Below, one piece after another: positions 1 to 14,389 of a stretch of 64,000 nt of DNA (position 1 is its first letter; the number at the start of each line of letters is the position of its first letter). A program made the position numbers and the translations under genes. Location: the NCBI GenBank assembly GCA_951406725.2, contig OX597816.1:16182001-16246000 (forward strand), written 5' to 3'. The notes beneath the pieces were generated by a model, which was not told where the DNA came from, searched no databases, and saw only the letters and a program-made list of their open reading frames with translations. This DNA comes from Octopus vulgaris (Eukaryota).

Positions 1-619
1 GTGTTTCTACATCTGGATGCCCTTCCTAATGCCAACCACTCCGTGAGTGTAGTGGGTGCTTTTTACGTGCCACTGGCACAGGGGTTAGGGGAGTCTGGCA
101 ACAGCCACGATCAGTTGGTGCTTTTTATGTGCCACCAACACAGGAGCCAGTCAAGGCAGTGCTGGCATTGGCCATGTTCGGATGGTGCTTTTTATGTGCC
201 ACCGGCACAGGTATCACAACTACAATTTCCATTTGATTTTTGTTTTGATGTTGATGTAATTGACTCAATAGGTCTCCTCCTCAAGCACAGCAGGTCGCCC
301 GAATATATATATATATATATATACAATGGGCTTCTTTCAGTTTCCATCTACCAAATCCACTCACAAGGCTTTGGCCAGCCCAAGGCTTTAGAAGAAGACA
401 CTTGCCCAATATGTCACACAGTGGGACCAAACCTGGAACCATGTGGCCTAAATATATATATATATATATATATAATGTCAAACTGTGCAATCTATGCCAG
501 CATGGAAAGTGGATGTTAAATGATGATGATGATTATATATATGGTGGGTGGTGTTGTGGGAAAAGTGGATATACATTATAAGCAATGAATTGTGAATACA
601 TTGTATTTACACTGGACGC

Positions 620-1025
620 TTTACTCTTTTACTCTTTTACTTGTTTCAGTCATTTGACTGTGGCCATGCTGGAGCACCACCTTTAGTCGAGCAAATCGAC
701 CCCGGGACTTATTCTTTGTAAGCCCAGTACTTATTCTCTTTTGCCGAACCGCTAAGTAACGGGGACGTAAACACACCAGCATCGGTTGTCAAGCAATGCT
801 AGGGGGACAAACACAGACACACAAACATATACACACACACTTATATATATATACATATATCCGACAGGCTTCTTTCAGTTTCCGTCTACCAAATCCACTC
901 ACAAGGCATTGGTCGGCCCGGGGCTATAGCAGAAGACACTTGCCCAAGATGCCACGCAGTGGGACTGAACCCGGAACCATGTGGTTGGTTAGTAAGCTAC
1001 TTACCTCACAGCGACTCCTGCGCCT
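620..1025 (-). mobile_element. tRNA-derived SINE family A (representative full copy)
   Basis: Head aggcgcaggagt.gctgtg.ggtaag...ggttcagtccc, internal microsatellite, tail tgactgaaacaagtaaaagagtaaa. Other copies at ~7618-8020, 16585-16990, 18520-18920, 31940-32335, 36690-36940, 39770-40010, 45030-45325, 46280-46670, 52560-52960, 55985-56380 and 57180-57610. Confidence 0.85.
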
Positions 1026-2134
1026 TTGTGTACACTTTTCTCATTATGGTTTCACTGTACACTTTTCCTGAGGTTGTGCTACTGTTCAGTTTTTACCATT
1101 ATAATATTTGCTAAGCAGTCTCACTGGTGCCAGTGCCAAGTAAAAAGCAACAGTCATGGGCCAGACTCTGGCTGGATTCCCAAACTGGACCAACTGAGCC
1201 AATAGATCTCATTCTCAGTCTACTCTTAGGTCACTTGCTGGTTGGTTCAGTTTGAAGAACCTCTCTTGGGGTTACTTCTTGTAACATTCTAATCACATGT
1301 CCATAGTAAAGGAACTGTGACCTCTCAAAACAGTGAACAGATTCATCTGGAGAGACTTCCTGACCCCTCAGCTACATACCCTATCAAGTAATGTTACTCC
1401 AGAGACTTCTCATAGGTCAAATACAAATACCAGCTCTACACTCTGTGGAGTGGTTAACATCAGGGAAGGCATCTAACTGTAGAAACCATACCAAAGCAGG
1501 GGCTTGGAATAGCCCTCTGATTTGTCAGATGCTGTCAAACTGAAGCCCATGCTAGCATGGAAAATTAACATTAAATGGGGATGCTGTTGTAGCTGCTGAT
1601 GCTGCTGGTGATGATGATACTGATGCTGCTGCTGTTGCTGTTGAGCAAATGGTCTTTGTCCCAGAGCTCGCAAGATGGGAGAAGTCCGAAACGTGGTCCT
1701 TTGCTATTCATAAGACCAGCAGAAGAGAAAGCAGGTCAACCCCCGACACCAAGAGCATCGACGGATGGATGAATGCGCATCCAGGCTCAGCGGTTGCGTA
1801 GGAAGTCGGGGACAAGAAACAGGAAGAAAGAGTGAGAGAAAGTTGGAGTGAAAGAGTACAACAGGGGTCGCCACCACCCCCTGCCAGAGCCTTGTGGAGC
1901 TTTAGGTGTTTTCGCTCAATAAACACACACAACGTCCGGTCTGGAAATCGAAACTGTGATCCTCCAGCTATGAGTCCGCTGCCCTAACCATTGGGCTATT
2001 GTGCCTCCACTACTGCTGCTGCTGATGATGTGTGCTGATGCAGAGTGTTTAAGCTTGTCCTTTATTGTCATGAGATTAGCTATTGATGCTGTATTATTAT
2101 CTGCAGTAAGTCCTTGCAACTATAACTGATCGTG

Positions 2135-2600
2135 TCTTCAGCATGACATGATAGGCTTTCTCCATACTGATCCGTTTTTCACTCGAGTCTGCCTTTTATC
2201 ATGATCAGTTCCTTTCCACTCCATATTCCTTTTTGATGTGTCTTTGAATCTCAGACTTTCAAGGTTTCTGCTCCCCTTGCATAATTGTCTGGGGAGACTG
2301 CTGTTGACCATCTTGTGTATGTGTCCCAAGCAGCATCAATTTTTATCAATAAGCATTTCCATCATCAGAGGTAGACCAGCACACCATGGAACCTCTTTAT
2401 TCCTGATCTTTTCAAAGAGAATGATATTTATAATTTGTCGCAGTTGTCTCATCACCTGCATGTAACTTGTCTACCTGGGCTTTAAAGACCATCCAGCTTT
2501 CAGCTCCATACAGCAGAGAAGGAAACACAACAGCCTGAGACACCTTACATTTGACTTGCATAGAATTATGCCAGTTTTTTCACAGCCTCTCCTGCAGCCT
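2135..2600 (-). mobile_element. RTE-like LINE 3' fragment
   Basis: KVSQAVVFPSLLYGAESW...MGHIHKMVNSSLPRQL...LRFKDT.K. Confidence 0.65.
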
Positions 2601-3182
2601 AATATATAATTCATTTCTACTCTAGGCACAAGGCCGGAAATTTCTGGGGAGGGGACCAGTCGATTAGATCAACCCCAGTACACAACTGGTACTTAATTTA
2701 TCGACCCCGAAAGGCTGAAAGGCAAAGTCGACCCTGACAGAATTAGCCTGAATTATAATTCGTTTCTACTCTAGGCACAAGGTCCGAAATTTCTGGGGAG
2801 GGGACCAGTCGATTAGATCAACCCCAGTATGCAACTGATACTTAATTTATCGACCCCGAAAGGCTGAAAGGCAAAGTCAATCCCGGTAGAATTAGCCTGA
2901 TATATAATTCGTTTCTACTCTAGGCATAAGGCCCGAAATTTCTGGGGAGGGGAGGGGACCAGTCGATTAGATCAACCCCAGTACGCAACTGGTAATTAAT
3001 TTATCAAGGCTGAAAGGCAAAGTCGACCTCAGCAGAATTAGCCTGATATATAATTCGTTTCTACCTGAAATTTCTGGAGAGGGGACCAGTCGATTAGATC
3101 AACCCAGTACGCAACTGGTAGTTAATTTATCGACCCTGAAAGGCAAAGATGACCCCCGACGGAATTAGCCTGATATATAATT
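2597..3182. repeat. Tandem array of ~130-150-bp SINE-C-derived units (4 plus a partial)
   Basis: gcctgatatataattcgtttctac-like junction recurs at ~2597, 2746, 2896, 3041 and 3168. Confidence 0.8.
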
Positions 3183-4514
3183 GCAGTTTTAATGAATGCC
3201 ATATGGAGAATGTTTTACCCGAATGTCTATAATTATCTCATTCAAAGTATGGACTGCTCTGTGTATGTTGTTGATTGTGTTGTCATTTAATTCTGAGAAC
3301 TTTAATTTCCTTTCTTGATGAAACTTGTTCCACTGGCCTTTTTTATTTTCATTTCTTTTTTGCTTTCAATTTTGTAAAAGTGATTTCGAATTCTACATTG
3401 ATGTGGGTGCATAAATTATGATAATCAGTTTGTGGACTGAGGGAGTTGGGTGACTTCTTACCAAGTGTTTGTTGCACACTGGCATGGAACACAAGGTAGT
3501 TATCATGGGGGAGTTATTGAAGGTGTCATGGTGAGGTGTGTGTGCATGTGCGTGTGTGAAAAATTTTTTTGCTGTGACACTTATTGAAATCTCTGTACTT
3601 CCAAATTTGTAAAAACAGGATGCATTGTGTGTATTTATAGTCTTCTCCAATCATAATATTTAGGAAAGTGGTAAAATGTTTTAATTTGGGTGTGTTGTCT
3701 GATAAGATGGTTGGCATTGTCAGTATACATGTGTGTGTGTGTGTGTACATAAGTACATGCGTGTTTATTAATAGGCTTTGTCTTGCGGTTTTTATTTTGA
3801 AAAGCTTGTATATCTAATGAGGTGTAATCCCCAATTAGTTAATGAATACTGTTCGTGTGACATCCATGTACTGATGCATGAGTCATGTATATTAACCTGG
3901 TGGATGCATAAATTATGTATAGGTGGCACGTAAAAAGCACCAATCCAATCGTGGCCATTGCCAGCCTTGCCTGGCACCTGTGCTGGTGGCACATAAAAAG
4001 CACCCACTACACTCATGGAGTGGTTGGCGTTAGGAAGGGCATCCAGCTGTAGAAACAGTGCCAGATCAGACTGGAGCCTGGTACAGCCTTCTGGCTTTCC
4101 AGATCCCGGTCGAACTGTCCAACCCATGCTAGCATGGAAAACGGACGTTAAACGATGATGATGATGAAACCTTCTCCTTTGTGGTATGGTCTATGTTACC
4201 TGAGATGAGTGTCACTCAGGATATAAACCATCTGATACGACTGCAAAAGTCTTTTCTGAATTATAGCTATGGGAGTTTTGCGGATGATGATAAAATATTT
4301 GTTCCAGAAGCATACATTTTACACCATAAACTCTTTAGCTTTCAGATTACAATACCAAATGTAATTTTTATTTATTCACATTGCTTTGAATTAATCAAAA
4401 ATTATCTCATCACTTTGAGACTTTGATGATGTTAATGTCTGTTTTTAGAATGACATTAGTAGGTGTGAGAGGCCAGATATGGCTGGTTTAACTGTTAAAG
4501 GGTTAATACTATAG

Positions 4515-4557
<43 letters not shown>

Positions 4558-6149
4558 AAATATATATATATATATATATTGTATCTAAATACACATATAT
4601 ATACATACATACATATACATATATATACATACATACATACATATACACACATATATACATATACATACATGTATATTATATATATACATACATATATACA
4701 TACACATATATACTTACATATATACATACACGTATATACTTACATATATACATACATATATACATACATATACACATACACATTTATACATATATACATG
4801 CATACACACACACATACATATATATACTTCTATATTGTTGAGTTTGGAGGCACATAGGTTAGTGGTTAAGGTGTTGGACTCATGAATGCAGTTTTGATTA
4901 CTGGGTCAGGTGAGGCATTGTGTTCTTGAGCAAAATACTTCATCCATGGTGCTCCAGTCCACTCAGCTGGCAAAAATGAGTAATTCTGTGACTGACAAGT
5001 GTCTTGTGTAAGAGGGAATATACTTGCCACAGAAACCATGAAACTAGCCCTGTGAGCCTCTATGATGCAAGAATTCTTTATCTTTATCGAGATAGTTGAG
5101 TACTACGGTGGCAAGCTGACAGAAACGTTAGCACACCGGGCGAGATGCGTAGCCGTAGTTCATCTGCCATTATGTTCTGAGTTCAAATTCCGCTGAGGTT
5201 GACTTTGCCTTTCATCCTTTCGAGGTCGATAAATTAAGTACCAGTTACACACTGGGGTCGATGTAATCGACTTAATCCATTTGTCTGTCCTTGTTTGTCC
5301 CCTCTGTGTTTAGCCCCTTGTGGGTAGTAAAGAAATAGGTATTTCATCTGTCTTTACGTTCTGAGTTCAAATTCTGCTGAGATCAACTCTGCCTTTAATC
5401 CTTTCGGGGACAATAAATTAAGTACCAGTTGATTTAATCAACTAGCCCCCTCCCGAAAATTTTCAGGCCTTGTGCCTAGATAAGAAAAGAATATTTAGGT
5501 GGCAAGCTAGCAGAAACATTAGCATGCTGGGCGAAATGCTTAGGGGTATTTCGTCTGTCTTTACGTTCTGAGTTCAAATTTCACTGAGGTTGACTTTTCC
5601 AGCATGGAAAGGAGACATTAAACAACGATGATGAAGTATTTGTATAAAAGTATGTTTTATAGAACATACATTTGGTTGTGACACTTTAATACATGTTGTC
5701 ACACCTCTTATCATTTCTTGGCTTCATTCTCTGTAGATTTTTATTGTTCACAGTCCATTGAATTTATTCTTTAGATACATTTTTTTACTCCCACAAACTT
5801 TAATTTTTCATTGCTCTCAGCACTTTTTCCTGCACTGACTCATTCCCTTCTTTTGCACAACTTGTTTTTTATTGTTGTCAACATTCTTCCCAACACATAC
5901 CCCTGCTTATGCCTCCATCTTTCATTGGGCATGTCATGGTTCAACTAACAGTGTTTCTCATTATTCGGCTGGCTTCCACGTAAAAACATATTTCTTTATT
6001 ACCCACAAGGGGCTAAGCACAGAGGGGACAAACAAGGACAGACATAGGTATTAAGTCGATTACATCGACCCCAGTGCGTAACTGGTACTTAATTTATCGA
6101 CCCCGAAAGGATGAAAGGCAAAGTCGACCTCGGCGGAATTTGAACTCAC

Positions 6150-6522
6150 GTAAAAACCACCATCCATTTGTGGCTGTAGCCAGCTTACTCTGGCACCTGT
6201 GCCGGTGGCACGTAAAAAGCACCATCCGTATGTGACTGATGCTGGCGCTGCCTTGACTGGCTTTCATGTCGGTGGCACGTAAAAACCACCAACCAATCGT
6301 GGCCGTTGCCAGCCTCCCCTGGCCCCTGTGCTGGTGGCACGTAAAAAGTAACCACTACACTCTCGGAATGGTTGGCATTAGGAAGGGCATCCAGCTGTAG
6401 AAACACTGCCAGATCAGACTGGAGCCTGGTGCAGCCTCCTGGCTTCCCAGACCCCGGTCGAACCATCTAACCCATGCTAGCATGGAAAACGGACGTTAAA
6501 CGATGATCATGATGATGATGAT
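6150..6522 (+). mobile_element. SINE family B (Meta-domain-like core, internal ggtggcacgtaaaaagcacc repeats, (GAT)n tail), representative
   Basis: gttggc(a/g)ttaggaagggcatccagctgtagaaac...catgctagcatggaaaacggacgttaaacgatgat. About 18 copies, e.g. 1-260, 3920-4167, 8640-8935, 9495-9970, 12580-13015, 19255-19530, 30280-30610, 38810-39240, 48035-48300, 50730-51085, 53570-54225, 58080-58550, 63840-64000. Confidence 0.8.
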
Positions 6523-9500
6523 AACTGTAGGCATCTGCCCACTCTCTCATGTTCTTCACATATTTGTGTACATGCGTCAATTCAACTAACGTGGGTCTTG
6601 CCACTAATAGTAACCACACAGAACCTTTTCCTATTTCTTATATCTCCTACTCACAGACATCACTCTTTTGCTCTTTTCATTTTCTCATTTCCATTCTTGC
6701 ATCTGAAGATGATAAGACTTCTATTGACTCAGATGTTGAATTTTACTACAAACTGAAGCCAAATATTTCGTTTTTGGATTTGGTTTGCAAGATTCTTTAT
6801 ATGAGTTTGTGTGTTGAAGCATAGTCAAAACTATTGAAAAGGTTGCAAGACACAACGAAAATTTTAGGAAAATATAAATAAGAAAAAAGTGGAAATTTTA
6901 CTGGTGAGTGTGTTACTTTATAAGGCACAAAAAGAAAATGACTTTCCCCAGACACAACAGATCAAGCCAATTAATTCTTGTGTTAGTAAACAATTCATAA
7001 TGGCTGGAAAGAAGCCATCAAATAAAAGAAAAGGTGACAGTGGGAAACAAGCTTTGTGTTCTGGAATTCCATTTTCAAATGATGGCATCAGTCTGACATG
7101 ATTTGATGGCCTGCAGAGCCGTGTCAAGCTCCACTTCTGCTTTGGCTTGGTTTCTATGGCTGGATACTCTTCCTAATGCCAACCACTTTACAGTATGATC
7201 CAGGTGATTTGTTTTGTTGAGAACTTGCAAGACATAAAGAAAGAAAAAGAAAAAGTGACCTCAACTAAGTAGGAGTGTATCTGAGAGGGGGGGGTAGATA
7301 GCTTATGCCAGATGTTGAAGGCTAAAGTATGACAAAAGGTCAAGCACAGGTGTCTGGCTACAAAAGAGGTGTATGGCTACCCTACATATGATGGTGGGGG
7401 AGAACAGCTTCAAGGAAGATAAAGATGGAAGTGACAGGATGCCAGAGTGCTGGGGGGTGGGTGAACAAACACATACACATATGATGAGGTTCTTTTCAGT
7501 TTTTGTCTACCAGATCCATTCAAAAGGCTTTGGTCAGGCTGAGGCTATGGTAGAAAATACTTGCTCAAGGTGCCACACAGCGTGTTCACTATTTCAGTCA
7601 ACTGATAGACTGATTACTCTTACTCTTTTACTTGTTTCAGTCATTTGACTGCGGCCATGCTGGAGCACCACCTTTAGTCGAGCAAATCGACCCCGGGACT
7701 TATTCTTTGTAAGCCCAGTACTTATTCTATCGGTCTCTTTTGCCGAACTGCTAAGTGACGGGGACATAAACACACCAGCATCGGTTGTCAAGCAATGCTA
7801 GGGGGACAAACACAGACACACAAATACACACACATATATATATATATATATATACATAAATACGACAGGCTTCTTTCAGTTTCCGTCTACCAAATCCACT
7901 CACAAGGCATTGGTCGGCCCGGGGCTATAGCGGAAGACACTTGCCCAAGATGCCACGCAGTGGGATTGAACCCAGAACCATGTGGTTGGTTAGCAAGCTA
8001 CTTACCACACAGCCACTCCTGAGCAAACTGAACCATAAATACACCCAAAATGCATGTCGAAAATAGCTGTACATCTACAATAAAGTCCAATATTTATGTC
8101 TTTCCTTATACATCATCATGAAAAAAGATCAGATTAAATTTGTGATGCAACCTTGGATTTACAAAGTCAACTGGTGATGGACTTCCACTTTGGATCTTGC
8201 CTTACAATTACCTGGAGTAAATAACCAATCACAAAACAGTCTGTTTGCCTGGGGCATCACTATCAGCAGAGAGCTTAAGAAGTATTTTGTCCATGGCGGC
8301 AAGCAGGCAGAATCGTTAGCACGGCGAGCAAAATGCTTTGCAGTATTTTGGTCGCCACTTCATTCTGAGTTCAAATTCCGCCGAGGTCGACTTTGCCTTT
8401 CAACCTTTCGGGGTTGATAAATTAAGTACCAGTTTCACACTGGAGTCAATGTAATCGACTTAATCCGTTTGTCCCATCTGTGTTTAGCCCCTTGTGGGTA
8501 GTAAAGAAATAGGTATTTTGTCCAGATTGACAATCCCTTATTAATAACTCTTCACACACACACAAACATCAACACTATCTCAAGCATAATCCCACATTAC
8601 AATTTTAAGCCATTTCTAACCTTTACTTACCCTTACATAAAAGCACCATCCGTTCGTGTCCGTTGCCAGCCTCGCCTGGCCCCATGCCGGTGGCACATAA
8701 AAGCACCATTCGTTCATGGCCGTTTGCCAGCTTCGTCTGGCACCTGTGCGGGTGGCACGTAAAAAGCACCCACTACACTCACAGAGTTGTTGGCGTTAGG
8801 AAGGGCATCCAGCCGTAGAAACACTGCCAGATCAGACTGGGCCTGATGCAGCCTTCTGGCTTCACAGACCCCAGTAGAACCGTCCAACCCATGCTAGCAT
8901 GGAAAGCGGACGCTAAATGATGATGATGATGATTACTACCAGTATGTGCATTTCTTCAGTTGTGTTCACCTACTTCTCTCACAAATTTTTAAACTTCAAA
9001 TTAGGGCAGCTTTCAACTCTATTGAATTTTGAAATGTTCATATTACTTACATTTTCTTTTAAACTGAAAAGGCCAACCTACCCAAGTTAGTTTGAGTGAA
9101 AGTCTATTATACAAAATACAACACCATAGTCTTAGATACAATTCACTCTGTTTTGAATACTACAAACAGATCTTTGAACTTTCAACCAAACCAAAGAGCT
9201 TAGGGTAGTAGCACAACCACACCTAAATTAGTTTCAGTGACTAAAAGGTATTCAGTGTTGTTTAGTTCTAACTACATTACAATACACACCTAAAAACATT
9301 AACCTACTCTCTCACAGTCTGGATTCTATCTAACCTGACACACCCAATTTTAACTGAATAAACTCCAGATTTTTCTCTGGCCTTCACAGTCTTGAACTGC
9401 TCAGAGTATATTGACAATTTTGACACACACACACACACACTCACATACACACTCACCCACATATAGAGTTCTATGCCAGATAATGTTTACACAATCATCA

Positions 9501-11218
9501 TCATCATCGTTTAACGTCCGCTTTCCATGCTGGCATGGGTTGGACGATTTGACTGAGTTCTGGCGAACCAGACTCCAATCTGATCTGGCAGAGTTTCTAC
9601 AGCTGGATGCCCTTCCTAATGCCAACCACTCAGAGAGTGTAGTGGGTGCTTTTACGTGCCACCAGCACAAGGGCCAGTCAGGTGGTACTGGCAACGGCCA
9701 CACTCAAATGGTGCTTTTTCTGTGCCACCTGCACAGGAGCCAGTCCAGCGGCACTGGCAACGATCTCGCTTGAATGTTTTTTTCATGTGCCACCAGCATA
9801 AGTGTTAGTAAGGGTACACAGGTAACGATCACGCACGAATGGTGTTTTTAACGTGCCATCAGCACAAAGGCCAGCTTGTTGCTCTGACAACGATCTCACT
9901 CGTATGGTACTCTTAGTGCTCCACTAGCAATGGATGCCAGTCACCAAGTTTGATTTCGATTTCACTTGCCTCACAATGTGATATATATTATTGATATTTT
10001 ACTATTGTTATGTTATTACATATGTGTGTTATATAGTGTACATATATATTACACATAGAAATAATATATAAATATAAATCATTTGTGTTTGTGTGTATAT
10101 GCATACATACACACCCATATGTATGTATGTATACACACAAATATTATATCTATACTGACTACTTCCATCAACAATTTAAGAATCAAGTAAGGTGGCGAGC
10201 TGGCAGAAACGTTAGCTCGTCTGGCGAAATGCTTAGCAGTATTTTGTCTGTTTTTACTTTCTGAGTTCAAATTTCGCTGAGGTTGACTTTGCCTTTCATC
10301 CTTTCTGGGTCAATAAATAAAGTACCAGTTGCATACTAGGGTTGATCTAATTGACTGGGCCCCGTCTCCAAAAATTTTGGGCCTTGTGCCTAGAGTAGAA
10401 AAGAATTCAAGAATCAAGTAATGTTACATATAGTTTACAAGTCTCTAATGATTTGACAATGCGTTTTGGTTATGTCACCAATAATTATTTTTTGTTAATG
10501 AAATGTATGTAGGACAGTGTAACTAAATATCTTATAAACAATCTTCCTTGTTTTATTATATGTTATGTGTATGCCTGTGAAAGTGTGTGTGTGTGTGTGT
10601 GTGTGTTCCACATAAAAAGCTATTGTGCTAGTGTCACATAAAAAAGCACTTGTGCTGGTATGACATAAAAAGCACCTAGTACACTCGGTAAAGTTGTTGG
10701 TGTTAGGAAGAGATCCAGACATAGAAATCAAGCCGAAACAGGTCAATCTTTGTACAGCTCTCCAGCTTGTCAGCTTCTGTTAAAGTGTCATATTCATGCC
10801 AATATGTAGAAACAGGTGTTAAATAATGAAGATGAATGTGCTCACTGTCAAATTCACTCCCAAGACATTGGTCAGTCAGGGCCTTTAGAAGAAGACACTT
10901 ACTCAAGGTACCATGCAGTGGAACTGAACCTGAAATCACATGATTGCAAAGTGAACTTCTTAACCACTTAACCATGCCTGGTATATACTCAGTAAAATTA
11001 GTTATAATAAAAAACAAAACAAAAATAAATAAACTATCTCCCTCTTTGATATTCCTATCAACCCTTTAGCATTCAGGTTACGTAATCAAATGTAGTAATA
11101 TTAACTTATAATTTACATTGTTTTGGATTTATCCTGCATCTACTTGTAGCCTTGAGATTTCGATTATGTGGCTGTATATTTTTTAGGCTGAGCACTCCCA
11201 AAATATGTGTACCCTTAA

Positions 11219-11438
11219 CCCTTTTGATACCAACCCACTTGAAACCACCTCTCACTCTGTAATACAAATGTCTTGTTTTCAAAGGTTCTGAATTAAAATC
11301 TTCCAGCAAACCCTAGTCACAATTTATGTTCCTAACATTAGTTTAATGATAATTAAGTTATTTTACTAAATTCTTTTTTATTTAAAATTAATTGAAAGAA
11401 ACTCAGAATATCTCAACAGAAATATGGTAACAAAAGGG
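11219..11438. mobile_element. piggyBac-like MITE (second family)
   Basis: TTAA|CCCTTTTGATACC...GGTAACAAAAGGG|TTAA; other copies at 25900-26594 and ~58860-59077. Confidence 0.8.
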
Positions 11439-11905
11439 TTAATGTAGCTATGAGGGACACACAAAATGTGACAAGGATGGCTCTTTGAAATATGGGTACA
11501 ACTTGTTAATGTCAGCTGAGTGGTCTGGAGAAATGTAAAATAAAGTGTCTTGCCCAAGGTCACAATATGCAACTGGGTTTCAAACTCACAACCCTATGAT
11601 TGTGAGCTAAATACCCTAACCACTTAGCCAGGCACATTATTGATACCCCATGGTGTTTATTACCACCCTGTTTATGTTTCTTTACTTCAAGGTTGACATT
11701 ATCTTGCATCCCTGAAAATGACAATAAAATAAGCTATGTGAAGGACTTAATGATTGAAGCCAGTAAAAAGAATATAAGTACATTTATCTGTCTTTGTTTA
11801 AACAGAGCTTAAGCTAGAACAACACTACATACAATCAACATATTTATTAAGACATTGGCAAATTTGTAAAGCTCTTGAGATTATCATATTGGTGTGTATG
11901 TATAT

Positions 11906-14110
11906 TTAGGGTGGAGCGAAAAATGTACATTTTACACAGATTTTCAAAATATATTTTCAAGAATATATTTTTTATTGCGAAATCTTTTAAAAACAACTGT
12001 GTTAAAATCTGAAGTTGTTAAATTTACATCTTCAGGCTCCGCAACCCACTTGAAATTTTGAATAATGAGCCAAAAAATCGACTTATAAAACGTTTGCCAT
12101 TCCTCATTTTATTTTTCACATTCATAGTAACGAATTAATTTTCTTTTGCTAAATGCTTTGAAAACAAGCATGTTAAAATCTCAGGCTCCAAAATTTTAAT
12201 TTTTAGGCTCCGCAACACACTTGAAATTTTGTAATTATGTGAAATAAATAGACTTGTTAGCTTTGTTTACTTTATTATATATGTGTTACATATGAGATGG
12301 CTTCCAAATATATGTGTTACATGAGGTCTAGATTACACATATATTAAAATAAATTTAGCAAGTTGTCGAGATTGTAGCAGAAAAGACAATTCTTCTTTGG
12401 AAAAAGGCATCCATCCCTTGTGTTATGACTGAGTCAGTTAAACTGAAAATCTTAAACTTTCCTTAGCTGACATAGAAGGGCGACTGTGATCTGGCTGATT
12501 CTCTCTAATCCACCTCTAACATTCTGTTTAGATACTGCTTGATCTATTCTGCCAATGATCATTTTGCAATTTGTCCGTTCATCATCAACATCATCATCAT
12601 TGTTTAACGTCCGCTTTCCATGCTAGCATGGGTTGGACGATTTGACTGAGTTCTGGCGAACCAGATGGCTGCACCAGACTCCAATCTAATCTAGCAGAGT
12701 TTCTACAGCTGGATGCCCTTCCTAACGCCAACCACTCAGAGAGTGTAGTGGGTGCTTTTACGTGCCACCGGCACGAGGGCCAGTCAGGCTGAACTGGCAA
12801 CGGCCACGCTCAAATAGTGTTTTTTTATGTGCCACCTGCACAGGAGCCAATCCAGCGGCACTGGCAACGATCTTGCTTGAATGTTTTTCCACGTGCCACC
12901 AGCATAAGTGCCAGTAAGGTGGCACAGGTAACAATCATGCTCGAATGGTGCTTTTTTTTACATGCCATCGGCACGGAGGCCAGCTTGTTGCTCTGGCGAC
13001 GATCTCGCTCGTATGGTTGATCCTGATCTTGTAAGAAATTTTCTTCTCTCTCTGGTACATTTTTGTCTCCACTACAACTGCAGCTTTTAACCCTTTAGTG
13101 TTCAGATTATTCTGTCAAATGTGATGTTTGTTTATTTAAAATGGCTTGAATTAATCATGCATTATCTTGTAGTTTAGAGATTTCGGTGATGTGATTTTTT
13201 AGTTTTAGAACGACATGGTAGGGCTGAGATGAAAGGTGAGATCTGGTCAGTTTCAATGTATAACAGGTTAAATATTTTGGCCAGATATGGCCGGTTTGAA
13301 TGCTAAAGGGTTAAAGGAGTTGCACTTGCGACAGGAAATGTCAAATAAATCTTTTGTTGTATTATTTTTAAACATATTACACTGTGTTTGAAATGATGGC
13401 ACATTTTTTTCTCTATTTTTCACAGATTTTAGTAATGCTTAGTAATTTACATAAAAGTTTAAGATTTTCGGTTTAATTGACTCAATTATAACACAAGAGA
13501 AGGATGCCTTTTTCTGCCAAAGAAGAATTATCTTTTTTCTTACAATCTTAACAATTTGTTTAATTGAAGGATCTTTCTTAACTACATTCTGTTCTTTTTT
13601 CTCATTCAAATAAAACACATTTTAGTACATCCTTGTAAGTTGGCAAAACTCGCCCACTAAGATCAAATGGAGCACCAAATATTGGGTATTCACTATCATG
13701 CTTGTGAGTCATCACTAAATGTAAAGAATACTAAATTTAACACGGTCATTAATTTTAATATAATGGCCTAAAGTCAAGGTACAAAGCAGAAAACTTCACA
13801 CATGTATGACATACATCCACACACAATGACCATTGCAGCGGCACTAGAGAGAAGTTCACACTCCTATTCTCTTTATTGTCAATGCAGAACCTCAAGCTAT
13901 TAGTCATTTGTATTGAAACTTGGTATGCAACCTTTTAAGGACACTATATTTACTGTTTTGCTTTCTGCTACGTAGAAATACATTGCAGAGCCTGAAAAAA
14001 TATACTTAACCACAAAGTTCTTTATACACCTTTCTTTTAACCTAAATTTGCAACAAAATATCAATTCTTGGTTACCAATTTTGAAAGTTGCATTTTTTTC
14101 TCCACCCTAA
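11906..14110. mobile_element. TIR DNA transposon remnant with nested SINE and MITE
   Basis: ttagggtggagcgaaaaatgtaca ... tgcatttttttctccaccctaa terminal inverted match, plus an internal inverted copy (12355-12415 vs 13500-13560). Superfamily unresolved. Confidence 0.55.
13091..13310. mobile_element. piggyBac-like MITE
   Basis: TTAA|CCCTTTAG...CTAAAGGG|TTAA; related copy at ~4330-4502. Confidence 0.8.
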
Positions 14111-14389
14111 TGTATATGTATGTGTGTATCTGTACATATTATATATATATATATCACCGTGATCACCGGTGATATCACCGTGACCGACCAGGCTATCAGA
14201 TGTTGCTACACGTCGCTGGTCACAATGCGCTTCGCATTGTTTTAGCCTTCAAATGACGCCACCCCGCTGGCCAAGCGAGCAGGCCAATATATATATATGT
14301 ATATATATATCTGCACCACCAAGCCACCCATCACACCAACACCATTTCTACTAATAAATATAAGAGGTCCGTTACAGTTTAATGGACAG

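Noticed and set aside
1-519. Recurrent ORFs such as LDALPNANHS..., MLGGQTQTH... and RQASFSFRLPNPLTR...
   Set aside because: They are translations of high-copy SINEs, not a gene family.
4196-4260. Possible minus-strand exons (also near 8205 and 19080)
   Set aside because: Only isolated splice-like motifs, with no recognisable protein and no consistent exon chain.
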